IMG/VR virus record: IMGVR_UViG_3300042972_000030
Location: 1 to 31,902 of that record
Reading direction: 5' to 3' (one strand)
Length of the DNA stretch: 31,902 nucleotides
DNA from: a virus
Lineage: Duplodnaviria; Caudoviricetes
The translations under genes and the position numbers were made by a program. Positions 23,158 through 31,902 of the stretch are shown here, piece by piece. Position 1 is the first letter of the stretch. The number at the start of each line of letters is the position of its first letter. The notes below the pieces were generated by a model, which saw nothing but the letters and a program-made list of their open reading frames with translations, did no database searches and was not told the DNA's origin.

Positions 23158-24307
23158 CATTCTGTCATCATGGGAAGCTGCTGTGCCATCGATGCTTCGC
23201 GTGTATGCGGCTTTGCAGACGAAAGCGGCGGAGACCGCGCTGGATGCGCAATCGGGCATGCTGGCTGATGCCGGGGATTATGTCCCTCCCCAAGTGATGG
23301 TCGACCCGAGGGCATTCGGATCCGGATATGCTGCAAGTGGCGGTTCTCTCTACGATTATTTCAGTGGTCCCGTCTACGATTCGCTGACCCTCATCAGGCA
23401 GGGGCTGAGTGTTGATGAGGCGTTGAACCGTGCTGGCAGGGCATACGGGTCGCTTGCATCGCTTGGCATAGCCGACACGGCCCGTCAGGCTGCAGGCGTG
23501 GACACTGCCACGCGCAGGGGTGTCGGATATATCCGTGTGGTGTCACCAGGCGCTTGCTCGCGTTGCATGATACTTGCCGGGAAGTTCTACAGATGGAACG
23601 AAGGGTTCCTGCGTCACCCCCGCTGCTATTGCAGGCATGTGCCATCAACGCAGAGCCTCGCCGGCGATATGATCACCGACCCCATGGAGGCGTTCAATAA
23701 CCTGAGCGAAGCCGAGCAGGACCGGCGATTCGGGAAGGAATCCGCACAGGCGATACGGGATGGCGCGGATATCAGTCAGGTAGTGAACGCGCGTTCCGGA
23801 GTGGCAGCCATCGGTTCCCCAGCCAGAAGAGGCAGATCAGTGGGCTCGTACACGACGAGCGGCACCGCCAACCTGCGCGGGCTCAACAAGAGCTTCTACA
23901 ACCAGATAGGTGGGAGTGGGCCGAGGCTCACGCCGGAAGGCATCTACAGCCAGGCGAAGAGCCGGGACGACGCGATCGCACTGCTGCGTTCGAACGGGTA
24001 CATCATCACGCCCGAAGATCGAGCGGACATCCTCTCCCGCCTCAACCCCGACTATCAGGCGATAGGCGGGACGATGGGGCGCGGAGGACGCAGCAGAGGC
24101 GCAACCTCCACGTACCGGCAGGCAGTCAGATCCGGCGTGCGCCAACCATTCGACGTGGCGACCATGACCGCGGCGGAACGCAGACTCCTCGACGCAAAAC
24201 TGCGATACAACCACGCCCTCAGCGGTACGGACATGAAGGAAATGGCCGCGGCGGAACGCAACTACAGACGTTGGCTGTCCTCCAACGGAGAGATTTACAC
24301 CCATTAA
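23054..24307 (+). CDS. Minor head/morphogenesis protein (MuF-like)
   Basis: YIRVVSPGACSRCMILAG..FLRHPRCYCRHVP motif; between portal and scaffold. Confidence 0.8.
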   Translation: MDTTTLDRSSRSLAVQETLALRLAKRTWRQINPDSILSSWEAAVPSMLRVYAALQTKAAETALDAQSGMLADAGDYVPPQVMVDPRAFGSGYAASGGSLYDYFSGPVYDSLTLIRQGLSVDEALNRAGRAYGSLASLGIADTARQAAGVDTATRRGVGYIRVVSPGACSRCMILAGKFYRWNEGFLRHPRCYCRHVPSTQSLAGDMITDPMEAFNNLSEAEQDRRFGKESAQAIRDGADISQVVNARSGVAAIGSPARRGRSVGSYTTSGTANLRGLNKSFYNQIGGSGPRLTPEGIYSQAKSRDDAIALLRSNGYIITPEDRADILSRLNPDYQAIGGTMGRGGRSRGATSTYRQAVRSGVRQPFDVATMTAAERRLLDAKLRYNHALSGTDMKEMAAAERNYRRWLSSNGEIYTH

Positions 24308-24328
24308 CGACTAGCGAAAGGCCATGTC

Positions 24329-24973
24329 ATGGCAGAAGAACCGTCAATAGCAACCCCAGAACCCGCAGCAACCGGTACAGAAGCGGAAAACAAGGCAGGA
24401 ATCCCGGCCCCCACCACACCGGAAGAACCGGTTGACTGGAAGACGAAGTTCGAAGCGCAGCAGAAAGTCAACCGCGATCTCGAAGCCAAGAACAAGGGGC
24501 TTTACGAGTTCAAGGACAAGACCTCGCAGCTGGAAGCCGAACTCGCGAAACTCAAAGGCACCGAGCAGGAATACCAGGAGTCCAAGAAAGCCCAGGCCCT
24601 TAAGGACTCGCTGCTGCAGCAGGCGAACGAACGCATTCTCAAAGCCGAGGTGCGCGCCTCCGCCGCAGGCAAGCTCTCGGACCCGTCCGACGCCCTGCGA
24701 TTCATCGACTTGTCCAAATTCTCCGTCTCTGAAGACGGCGAAGTGGACTCGGATGCGATCAGCTCCGCCATTAGCGAGCTCATCGAGTCCAAACCGTACC
24801 TAGGGGCGCAAGGCTCCACCGGCAACGGAGTAGGCATCACCCCACCGAGCGGAAGGCGCGACGGTGACAGTCCAGTGCAACTAACCCGAGCGGATCTGAA
24901 GGGCATGAGCCCTGCGGAGATCATCCAGGCGCAAGCCGATGGTCGGCTCGCTGATCTGCTCAAATCAAACTAG
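24329..24973 (+). CDS. Capsid scaffolding protein
   Basis: Coiled coil, DWK motif, KPYL; directly precedes the capsid gene. Confidence 0.8.
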   Translation: MAEEPSIATPEPAATGTEAENKAGIPAPTTPEEPVDWKTKFEAQQKVNRDLEAKNKGLYEFKDKTSQLEAELAKLKGTEQEYQESKKAQALKDSLLQQANERILKAEVRASAAGKLSDPSDALRFIDLSKFSVSEDGEVDSDAISSAISELIESKPYLGAQGSTGNGVGITPPSGRRDGDSPVQLTRADLKGMSPAEIIQAQADGRLADLLKSN

Positions 24974-24989
24974 CCAGTAAGGAGAACAC

Positions 24990-25823
24990 ATGGCTATCAC
25001 CAATTTCATTCCCGAGATTTGGAGCGCAAACCTGCTCCAGCCACTGCAGAAGGCCGAGGTTTTCGGCAGTGTGGTCAATAACGACTACGAGGGAGACATC
25101 AGCAACGTGGGGGACACGGTGCATATCACCACCCTCGCCAACGTCACCGTGGGGGATTACACGCCTCACACGGACATCAGCATCGAATCTTTGGATGACG
25201 GTGACCAAACCTTGGTCATCGACCAGTCGAAGTACTTCGGTTTCGAGGTCGATGACATTGAGAAGCGGCAGGCAGCCAACGACGTGATCGCCCCGGCGAC
25301 CGCCAACGCCGCATACCAGCTTGCCGACATCGCCGACAAGTTCCTCGCATCACTCATGGCCGCAGGTGTGGACACTGCTAACAAGCTTGCAGCGGTCACT
25401 TCAACCGACCCGGCAAAGCTCTACGACACCATTGTGGACCTCGGCGTGCGTCTCGATAAGGCAAGCGTACCCTCCGAGGGCCGTTGGGTCGTGCTGAACC
25501 CCGACCAGTATGGGCTCCTGCTGAAGGACGAGCGATTCATCAACGCTTCGGATGCGGCTCACGGCACCCTGCTCAACGGCATCGTCGGAGAAGCAGCGGG
25601 CTTCTCCGTACGCAAATCCAACAACGTGCCGACTGCCGAAGCGGTCGCCACCATCATCGCGGGATCAAACATCGCAGCGACCTTCGCCGAGCAGATCACC
25701 TCCGTGGAGGCGACACGCAAGGAGAAGGGATTCGCGGATATCGTCAAGGGCCTGCACCTGTATGGTGCCAAGGTCGTGCGCCCCACGGCTCTGGCGACCG
25801 TGGATTACAGCATCACTGCCTGA
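24990..25823 (+). CDS. Major capsid protein
   Basis: FIPEIWSA..DYEGDI..GDTVHI..LYGAKVVRP; AAGGAG SD. Confidence 0.92.
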   Translation: MAITNFIPEIWSANLLQPLQKAEVFGSVVNNDYEGDISNVGDTVHITTLANVTVGDYTPHTDISIESLDDGDQTLVIDQSKYFGFEVDDIEKRQAANDVIAPATANAAYQLADIADKFLASLMAAGVDTANKLAAVTSTDPAKLYDTIVDLGVRLDKASVPSEGRWVVLNPDQYGLLLKDERFINASDAAHGTLLNGIVGEAAGFSVRKSNNVPTAEAVATIIAGSNIAATFAEQITSVEATRKEKGFADIVKGLHLYGAKVVRPTALATVDYSITA

Positions 25824-25844
25824 GTATAGGAGGGAGGCGTCCGC

Positions 25845-26441
25845 ATGGCAGATATGACAGCACTGGCAGCAACGAGCGACCTCGACTCCTACCGCATCGA
25901 ATACGCCGGGCGGGAGGATCTGGCCGAGAGACTGCTCGCTTCGGTGTCCTCGTCCATTCGCGCCGCAGCAGGCCAGCCGATCAGCAAAGACACGTACACG
26001 GTGACGATACCCTCGGAGGCGTCGAGGAAACTCGACCTGCCCACACGCCCCGTGATCGATGTCGCGTCGGTCGCCCTGGACGGTCAGATCATCGAGGACT
26101 GGAAACTGCTCGGCAATGCCTTGTACCGAGAGGGTATGTGGCATATGCCGGGTCAGACCCCGGTCCCCGTCACCGTGACATTCACCGCAGGATACGATCC
26201 CGTTCCCGAGGACGTGGTGCGTCTCGTATGCTCATTCGTGTCCGCCGGGCTCGTGCAAGACGAGTCCGGAGGCCCAGGCGCTCACCGTGACATGGCGTAT
26301 GAGCGTATAGACGATGGGCAGGTCGGTTACCGGCAGGGCACTGACGAGGTGGTGGACGCCACCGAACTGCCCAAGGCCACCAAGGACGCTCTTCGAGCGA
26401 GGTTCGGCTCTCCCGGCATCAGCATAGGGGTGTTCCGATGA
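25845..26441 (+). CDS. Head-to-tail adaptor
   Basis: ALAATSDL..LDLPTRPVIDVASV..VTFTAGYDPVPEDV. Confidence 0.8.
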   Translation: MADMTALAATSDLDSYRIEYAGREDLAERLLASVSSSIRAAAGQPISKDTYTVTIPSEASRKLDLPTRPVIDVASVALDGQIIEDWKLLGNALYREGMWHMPGQTPVPVTVTFTAGYDPVPEDVVRLVCSFVSAGLVQDESGGPGAHRDMAYERIDDGQVGYRQGTDEVVDATELPKATKDALRARFGSPGISIGVFR

Positions 26442-26866
26442 GATTCAGCAGAGGCTTCATCGAAAGGATGCGCCGGTCCGCCGAATCCATGATGACCGAC
26501 CAGTTCACTATCCAACGGTTCACCGGACGGAATGTCACAGATCCTGATACTGGTGTGGATGTCCCTGAGATGACGCAGGTCGCGGACTCCAAGGGGAAGG
26601 TGCAGACCTCGGGGGGCATCGCCTCACAGGTGGTTACCGCGTCAGGCGACAGCAGCAATGTGGGCGGCAATGTGCCCGTGTGGAGCCTGTACCTGCATTT
26701 CCCTGTCACTCTTACCGGGCTCAAGGAGAAGGACGTGGCGGTTTGCACAGCCTCGGATGATCCCGACCTGATAGGCAGGAAATTCCGGCTAGTAAATCTG
26801 CAATCTGAGAAATCCCATGCCACGGCCAGACGGTGGAATGTGCAGGAGATGCAGGAAGGAGATTGA
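26438..26866 (+). CDS. Head closure/stopper protein (DUF6093-like)
   Basis: AESMMTD..DPDTG..DPDLIGRKF..KSHATARR. Confidence 0.75.
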   Translation: MRFSRGFIERMRRSAESMMTDQFTIQRFTGRNVTDPDTGVDVPEMTQVADSKGKVQTSGGIASQVVTASGDSSNVGGNVPVWSLYLHFPVTLTGLKEKDVAVCTASDDPDLIGRKFRLVNLQSEKSHATARRWNVQEMQEGD

Positions 26867-26867
26867 C

Positions 26868-27239
26868 ATGGCCATGATTGACGTATCCCAAGTGACTGCG
26901 CTCGCTAAAAAGCTCACTGCTGCCCCATTGAAGAAACAGTCTTTGGTAGCGGCGGCGGTGAAGAAGGGCGCGCAGAACATCAAGGAAAGCATTCAGAAGG
27001 ATGTGCAGGGGTCATCCAACAAGGCGATTCGCCGCATTCCCATCGCCTATGAGATGAAAGCCGAGGGCACGCGCATCGAGGCGGACATCGGACCCCGTAA
27101 GGAGGGTGCCGGCAATCTCGCTAACATCGCGTTTTTCGGCACTGAACGCGGCGGTGGCACGCATGAGTTTTATGGGCATGGTGAGGACGAGCTCCCGACA
27201 GCCGCCGATTACGTGCGCAAGGCGGCGAGCGGCCTATGA
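26868..27239 (+). CDS. Neck/tail completion protein (HK97 gp10-like)
   Basis: KKGAQNIK..AGNLANIAFFGT; position in the neck module. Confidence 0.72.
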   Translation: MAMIDVSQVTALAKKLTAAPLKKQSLVAAAVKKGAQNIKESIQKDVQGSSNKAIRRIPIAYEMKAEGTRIEADIGPRKEGAGNLANIAFFGTERGGGTHEFYGHGEDELPTAADYVRKAASGL

Positions 27240-27631
27240 CCTCGTACTCCCAAGCCCGTGCCGCGATCATCTCGCTTATCCCCGCGCTCACAGGATGGAC
27301 CGTGTACACGGATGGCATAGCCACAGGGAAGAAACCCCCATGGATTGTAGTCAGCCTATCGGAGAACGGTCGTGAGCATACCGAGGGTTTGGCGACCACG
27401 AATCATCTCGCCACGTTGGATGTGCGCGTAGTAAGTACGTCGGAGACCAGCATTGGTGTGATTTGCGACAAGCTGACCTCAGCACTGGATGGTGCTTCGC
27501 CTGGTAGCGGTGTGGGTTCTCTGGTCCCTGATGTGGATTCCGGCGTGTACGCGTCTGAACTCATTGATTCAGGCACCTCCCTGCCTTTCCTAATGCGCGT
27601 GCTCACCTGGCGTACCGGCTGGCCCGCCTGA
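27236..27631 (+). CDS. Tail terminator protein
   Basis: VYTDG..PPWIVV pattern; directly before the tail tube gene. Confidence 0.72.
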   Translation: MTSYSQARAAIISLIPALTGWTVYTDGIATGKKPPWIVVSLSENGREHTEGLATTNHLATLDVRVVSTSETSIGVICDKLTSALDGASPGSGVGSLVPDVDSGVYASELIDSGTSLPFLMRVLTWRTGWPA

Positions 27632-27652
27632 CAACAACGGATTATCAATCTC

Positions 27653-27681
27653 AAGCCTTGGCAACCTGTCAGGGCTTTTTT
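27653..27681 (+). terminator. Terminator-like hairpin before the major tail gene
   Basis: AAGCCTTGGCA-ACC-TGTCAGGGCTT followed by a T run. Confidence 0.65.
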
Positions 27682-27705
27682 CATACCCAAACGAAGGAGT
27701 AACAC

Positions 27706-28212
27706 ATGGCATTGCCCAAAGCATCCCTAGAGGATGGCAAGTTTCTGACCGTGTTCGTGACGACCATCGCCGACATCACCACACCCACCGTGGCCGAACT
27801 CACAACCCCACTGGTGGCGTTGTCGGATTACCTGACCGCCGACGGTTTCAAGATCACCCACTCGCAGGATTTCGCCGACGATGACCGCGAGGCATCACCT
27901 GCTGTCGGCCAGATTCCAGGCCAGGAGAAATACACGGACGGCTCCCTGCAGGTGATCGACAACACCAACATCTCAGATGAGGAGAACGTGGCTGTCGAGA
28001 AACTCACCAAGGGGACGAAGGGGTACATCGTGCGCCGTCGCGGCAAGGACAACACCGTGCCGTTTGAAGCTGGCGACATCGTATCGGTGTATGCGGTGAC
28101 CATCGGCATCAAGACCCCTGTAGCCCACGCCGCGAACGCCCGTCAGATGAGCACCATCAGCTATTCCGCCGACCCGAGCTCACAGGATGAGACCGCGACC
28201 GTAACGGCCTGA
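27706..28212 (+). CDS. Major tail (tube) protein
   Basis: FVTTIAD..PTVAEL..LSDYLTADG..GYIVRRRG..AGDIVSVYAVT; AAGGAG SD. Confidence 0.88.
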   Translation: MALPKASLEDGKFLTVFVTTIADITTPTVAELTTPLVALSDYLTADGFKITHSQDFADDDREASPAVGQIPGQEKYTDGSLQVIDNTNISDEENVAVEKLTKGTKGYIVRRRGKDNTVPFEAGDIVSVYAVTIGIKTPVAHAANARQMSTISYSADPSSQDETATVTA

Positions 28213-28313
28213 CACAAATTCTCCTTGCCTGTACGCGCTGGATCGCTCCCGCTTGCAGGCAAGGTACACCCAATCTTCTACCGGTAGCGATCTACTTTTT
28301 TAGGAGCGACCAT

Positions 28314-28805
28314 ATGACTTTTACCATTAAACGGCCCACGCGCAGCGTGGAGATCGTCACTGATCTGCAAGCACTACAAGACAGTATCGTTGCCGCGTCT
28401 GAAGCTCAGGAAGCGAAGGGTAAGACCGGTGTGCAAGCGTTGCGTCAGCGTGCCGCTGAACTCACTCAACAGGTGGATGAGAGCACCCTCGTTCTCACAC
28501 TGCGGGGGTTGAACGCATCGCAATGGAATCAGATCGTCATTAAGCGAACTGATTCAAAGGGAAACCGGCTGGTGAAGGATTGGCCAGGCATGATTTCCGA
28601 CGTTCTGCCAGTGATGCTCTCATCCGCACACGTGAAGACGGATCCGGATAGCACGGTCGAGTTGACTGCTTCAGATCTTTCTGAACTGCTCTCCGGTCTC
28701 GCTGATTCACAAGTGGCCGAATTAATGCAAACCGTTCAAGTATTGAATACGCCTGCTACCTCGGTCCCAAAAGCGTTGCGCGAGCTGACCTCGCCGACCG
28801 ACTAG
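28314..28805 (+). CDS. Tail assembly chaperone (gpG-like)
   Basis: Between tail tube and tape measure genes; slippery C CCA AAA near the 3' end. Confidence 0.82.
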   Translation: MTFTIKRPTRSVEIVTDLQALQDSIVAASEAQEAKGKTGVQALRQRAAELTQQVDESTLVLTLRGLNASQWNQIVIKRTDSKGNRLVKDWPGMISDVLPVMLSSAHVKTDPDSTVELTASDLSELLSGLADSQVAELMQTVQVLNTPATSVPKALRELTSPTD

Positions 28806-29155
28806 CAGACAATCCCGGGACACTCGAAGAGCTCCGGTGTGCCCAATCGCTTGGCATCTCGTACAAGCGGTTCCTCGGGTGGGTTCCCACACCGGATGAC
28901 CCGGTGGAGTGGGATGCAACTGAGCGTGACTGGATGCTCGCATTGCAAACGTATGAGACGGCACACAAGTGCCCTGTGTGCGGCATGGACATTGAGTTCT
29001 GCCATGACGAGCACAAAGTCCGCGAAGTATTCCAAGGGGCCGGCGTTGAAACCTGCTTCGTAGGTGCGATGCGCGAACAGGCGATGAAAAAGTTCAGCGA
29101 TTCCGGAGTCGTGCAGGCACCCAACTCGCAGACCACGAAACTGATCCCCAAATAG
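28766..29155 (+). CDS. Tail assembly chaperone extension (gpGT-like) via -1 frameshift
   Basis: CCCAAAA at 28766-28772; the -1 frame is open through ..LGISYKRFLGW..EWDATERDW..CPVC to TAG 29155. Confidence 0.8.
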   Translation, partial: PKSVARADLADRLADNPGTLEELRCAQSLGISYKRFLGWVPTPDDPVEWDATERDWMLALQTYETAHKCPVCGMDIEFCHDEHKVREVFQGAGVETCFVGAMREQAMKKFSDSGVVQAPNSQTTKLIPK

Positions 29156-29169
29156 TAAGGCGGTGCATC

Positions 29170-31902
29170 TTGGCGCTCAATGAGAACATCACGATCAGGC
29201 TCATGGCGGACACGTCGAACTACACCACCAAGATGCAGGCCGCCTCGGCGCAAGCAACACAGCTTTCAACATCGTTGGAAAAGCCTCGCAGCACCAGTGA
29301 CAAGCTCAAGGGCGCGTTCACCACAGCCGGGCTAGCGGTCGGAGCACTGTCAGCCGCAGTGGGCGTGGCAGCAGTGAAGAGCTTCATGGATTTCGACGCA
29401 TCCATGAGCACGGTACAGGCAAACACCAAAGCCAGCGCTAGCGAAATGAGCAAGCTGCGCGACGCCGCACTAGACGCAGGGCAACGCACAATATACAGCG
29501 CTACCGAATCCGCTGACGCAATAAACGAGCTAGCTAAGGCAGGCATGAGCACCGCCAACATCCTAAACGGCGGTCTCAATGGAGCCCTCGACCTCGCGGC
29601 GTCGGACGGCATGGCTGTTAGTGACGCCGCTGAACTCATGGCATCCACACTCGCACAATTCAACCTCAAAGGCACGGACGCCACAAAGGTAGCGGACGCG
29701 CTCGCAGCAGGTGCCGGTAATGCTCAAGGCTCAGCCAGTGATCTAGGTAGTGCTCTTTCGCAAGCCGGTTTGGTGGCGAATCAGTATGGAGTGAGCATGC
29801 AGGAGACCACCGGCACGCTCGCCGCGTTCGCGAACGCGGGCATGATCGGCTCCGATGCCGGCACGTCGCTTAAGTCCATGCTGATTGCTCTCGCTAATCC
29901 AAGCAAGAAGGCTCAAAAGGCGCTTGACGATCTGGGAATCAGCGCCTGGGATTCGCAAGGCAATTTTATTGGCTTGTCCGGTCTTGCCGGACAGCTGCAG
30001 ACAAAGATGGCCGGGTTGACTGACCAGCAGCGTCAGCAAGCTATGGCTACAATTTTCGGCACTGACGCAGTGCGGTCTGCTGGAGTCCTCTACAAAGAGG
30101 GCGCTAGCGGGATTGATAAGTGGACAAAAACTGTTTCAGACTCCGGTTATGCTTCCGAGCAGGCTGCCGCACGCACCAACAATCTCAAGGGTGACATCGA
30201 ACAGTTCTCCGGCTCCATTGAAACGATGCTCATTAAGATCGGCGGTGGCGCGAACGGACCACTGCGTACGATGGTGCAAGGTGCGACCGATCTCGTTACT
30301 GCGTTCAGTACGTTAGACCCGCATATTCAGCAGACCGTAGTGCTGCTGGGCGTTGCGGCAGGTGCAACCGCTGGGCTGCATAAGATGTTTGGAAACCTGT
30401 CCACTTCTTCCAGCGGATTCGGAAGGAGTATGGGACTCGTGCTCGACCCCGTACAGCGCTTGCAGGGGTTGTGGGGCGGGTTGAGCGCCGGGGCGCAGAG
30501 TATGGCCACGGCATTTCAGAACCCGACCAGGCAAATGGAATTGTTCGGTACGACCATGAGCCGTGGGACGGCTATCTCCAATGGTTTCAAAAGCGTCGGT
30601 TCCGGACTCATGTCCATGATGGGCGGACCTTGGGGGATTGCGTTCGCCGCGGCTGGCGCGGCTCTCGCCATCTGGTCGCAGAAAACTGCGGATGCGAAAA
30701 CACGCACAGACAATATGACCAGTGCGCTCAAATCGGGTCAGACAGCCGCTCAAAAACTCACACAGAATTTGCAGAGTGGGAACGACACTGACTGGGGTTG
30801 GTTCCAGAAAACCCGTACGGGAGCCGATAGTCTCGCTCAGGCGCTGGATAAGGCAGGTGTCAGCCAGAAGACCTTTGTTGATGCCGCTATGGGGGATAAA
30901 ACCGCAATAACATCATTCAACCAGGCGTTGGACGATTACATCAACAAGCACGGTGGTGCCGGAACAGTCACCGACGAGTTGCGCGCGCATTTGGAGCAGC
31001 AGACCAAAGCTGTTTCCGGTTCCAAGGAAGCCATGAAGGAGCAAGCCGAGGCAGACAAGCAAGCCACTGTCGAAAAGGTGAACAACACCTTGGCAACTGC
31101 TGGGCTCACCGATGCTACCGCAACCAACACGGATGCCACATCAGAAGCAGCCGATGCGAACGATATCCTCGCGGAATCCTTCGGGGCCTCCAGCAAGGGC
31201 ATTGACGATCAGGCATCAGCCTTGGGAGAGGCGTTGGATGCACTGAAAACCTACTATGGGTTCTCATTGGATGCGTCGGATGCCACTATCGCGCTCCACG
31301 AATCTTTCGATAAGGCGGCCAAAGCTGTTGCGGACAATGGTGCCACGCTCGATTTGAACACGGAGAAAGGGCGCGCGAACCAGTCCGCGTTGAACGACGT
31401 CGCCAAATCGGCGTTGAATGCGGCTGAGGCGCAGGCCCGTAACGGGCAGAGTGTAGACCAGATCCTGCCGACCATTGAGGATGCCAGGAACCGATTCGTT
31501 GATTTCGCCATGAAAATGGGCCTGAGCAAAGACCAGGCAAACGCAATGGCCGACCAGTCCGGTCTCACCAAGGATGCCGTGAACCAGCTCACCCAGTCCG
31601 TCAACAATGTGCCGACGGTGAAGACAGTAAAAATCAATGGTGACATCAGCGATGCCCAGGAAAAAATCGGGGTTATCAAGAACGATTTGCTGCAAATCGG
31701 TGACAAAACAGTACGGGTAACCATGAACTATGTCACAACTGGGGATACCCAAGGCTTGCATGTAGCAGTTGGTGGCAATGGTGGAACGCTGGTCAAAGCT
31801 TCCGGTGGTTATATTTCCGGCCCGGGTACCGCCACATCGGATTCGATACCAGCACGCTTGTCGAATGGAGAGTATGTCATTCGAGCATCCGCGGTCGATC
31901 AT
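29170..31902 (+). CDS. Tape measure protein (3' truncated by the window)
   Basis: TTG start, MALNENITIRLMADTSNY; TP901-type core (FDASMSTV..AINELAKAG..GSDAGTSLKSML..IFGTDAVR); ends ..GPGTATSDSIPARLSNGEYVI. Absent from the ORF track, consistent with no stop in the window. Confidence 0.92.
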   Translation, partial: MALNENITIRLMADTSNYTTKMQAASAQATQLSTSLEKPRSTSDKLKGAFTTAGLAVGALSAAVGVAAVKSFMDFDASMSTVQANTKASASEMSKLRDAALDAGQRTIYSATESADAINELAKAGMSTANILNGGLNGALDLAASDGMAVSDAAELMASTLAQFNLKGTDATKVADALAAGAGNAQGSASDLGSALSQAGLVANQYGVSMQETTGTLAAFANAGMIGSDAGTSLKSMLIALANPSKKAQKALDDLGISAWDSQGNFIGLSGLAGQLQTKMAGLTDQQRQQAMATIFGTDAVRSAGVLYKEGASGIDKWTKTVSDSGYASEQAAARTNNLKGDIEQFSGSIETMLIKIGGGANGPLRTMVQGATDLVTAFSTLDPHIQQTVVLLGVAAGATAGLHKMFGNLSTSSSGFGRSMGLVLDPVQRLQGLWGGLSAGAQSMATAFQNPTRQMELFGTTMSRGTAISNGFKSVGSGLMSMMGGPWGIAFAAAGAALAIWSQKTADAKTRTDNMTSALKSGQTAAQKLTQNLQSGNDTDWGWFQKTRTGADSLAQALDKAGVSQKTFVDAAMGDKTAITSFNQALDDYINKHGGAGTVTDELRAHLEQQTKAVSGSKEAMKEQAEADKQATVEKVNNTLATAGLTDATATNTDATSEAADANDILAESFGASSKGIDDQASALGEALDALKTYYGFSLDASDATIALHESFDKAAKAVADNGATLDLNTEKGRANQSALNDVAKSALNAAEAQARNGQSVDQILPTIEDARNRFVDFAMKMGLSKDQANAMADQSGLTKDAVNQLTQSVNNVPTVKTVKINGDISDAQEKIGVIKNDLLQIGDKTVRVTMNYVTTGDTQGLHVAVGGNGGTLVKASGGYISGPGTATSDSIPARLSNGEYVIRASAVDH

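Larger units (their letters stand above)
1..31902. mobile_element. Temperate siphovirus-like prophage (partial; boundaries outside the window)
   Basis: Canonical order integrase - immunity - replication - packaging - head - tail - tape measure; no host housekeeping genes seen. Confidence 0.96.

Noticed and set aside
29220-31902. Minus-strand and short ORFs listed over the tape measure region
   Set aside because: Shadow ORFs of the long + strand tape measure gene, which lacks a stop inside the window.
1-31902. Diversity-generating retroelement, retron or invertase shufflon
   Set aside because: No reverse transcriptase motif, serine invertase or TR/VR pair seen; the tail-fibre region where these usually occur is beyond the window.

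Overview
This window holds most of a temperate siphovirus-type prophage, or a phage genome, from a high-GC actinobacterial host. Gene style suggests Bifidobacterium, which is an inference. Gene order from left to right: (1) a tyrosine integrase fused in frame to an N-terminal HNH-AP2 nuclease; (2) an AT-rich accessory region with a 2TM + Nudix-like gene, a small basic protein, a wHTH-like gene with upstream repeats and a lipoprotein; (3) an ImmA/repressor/Cro immunity switch with a perfect 20-bp operator and apparently leaderless promoters; (4) early, recombination and replication genes (DGQHR/ParB-like protein, Xis-like HTH, DivIVA-domain protein, SMC-like ATPase, Bet/RecT, SSB, resolvase, orphan methyltransferase, replication initiator with internal iterons); (5) a probable late regulator and late promoter, a degenerate tRNA-Trp and hairpin-flanked small genes; (6) packaging HNH, TerS, a TerL split into two ORFs, portal, head, neck and tail genes, a -1 frameshifted tail chaperone, and a tape measure gene cut off by the window end. 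No att sites, lysis genes or tail fibre genes are visible. The most unusual items are the HNH-AP2-integrase fusion, the 2TM-Nudix-like moron sharing a promoter motif with the repressor, the split terminase and several RNA-structure elements. All family assignments come from motif recognition, not database searches.
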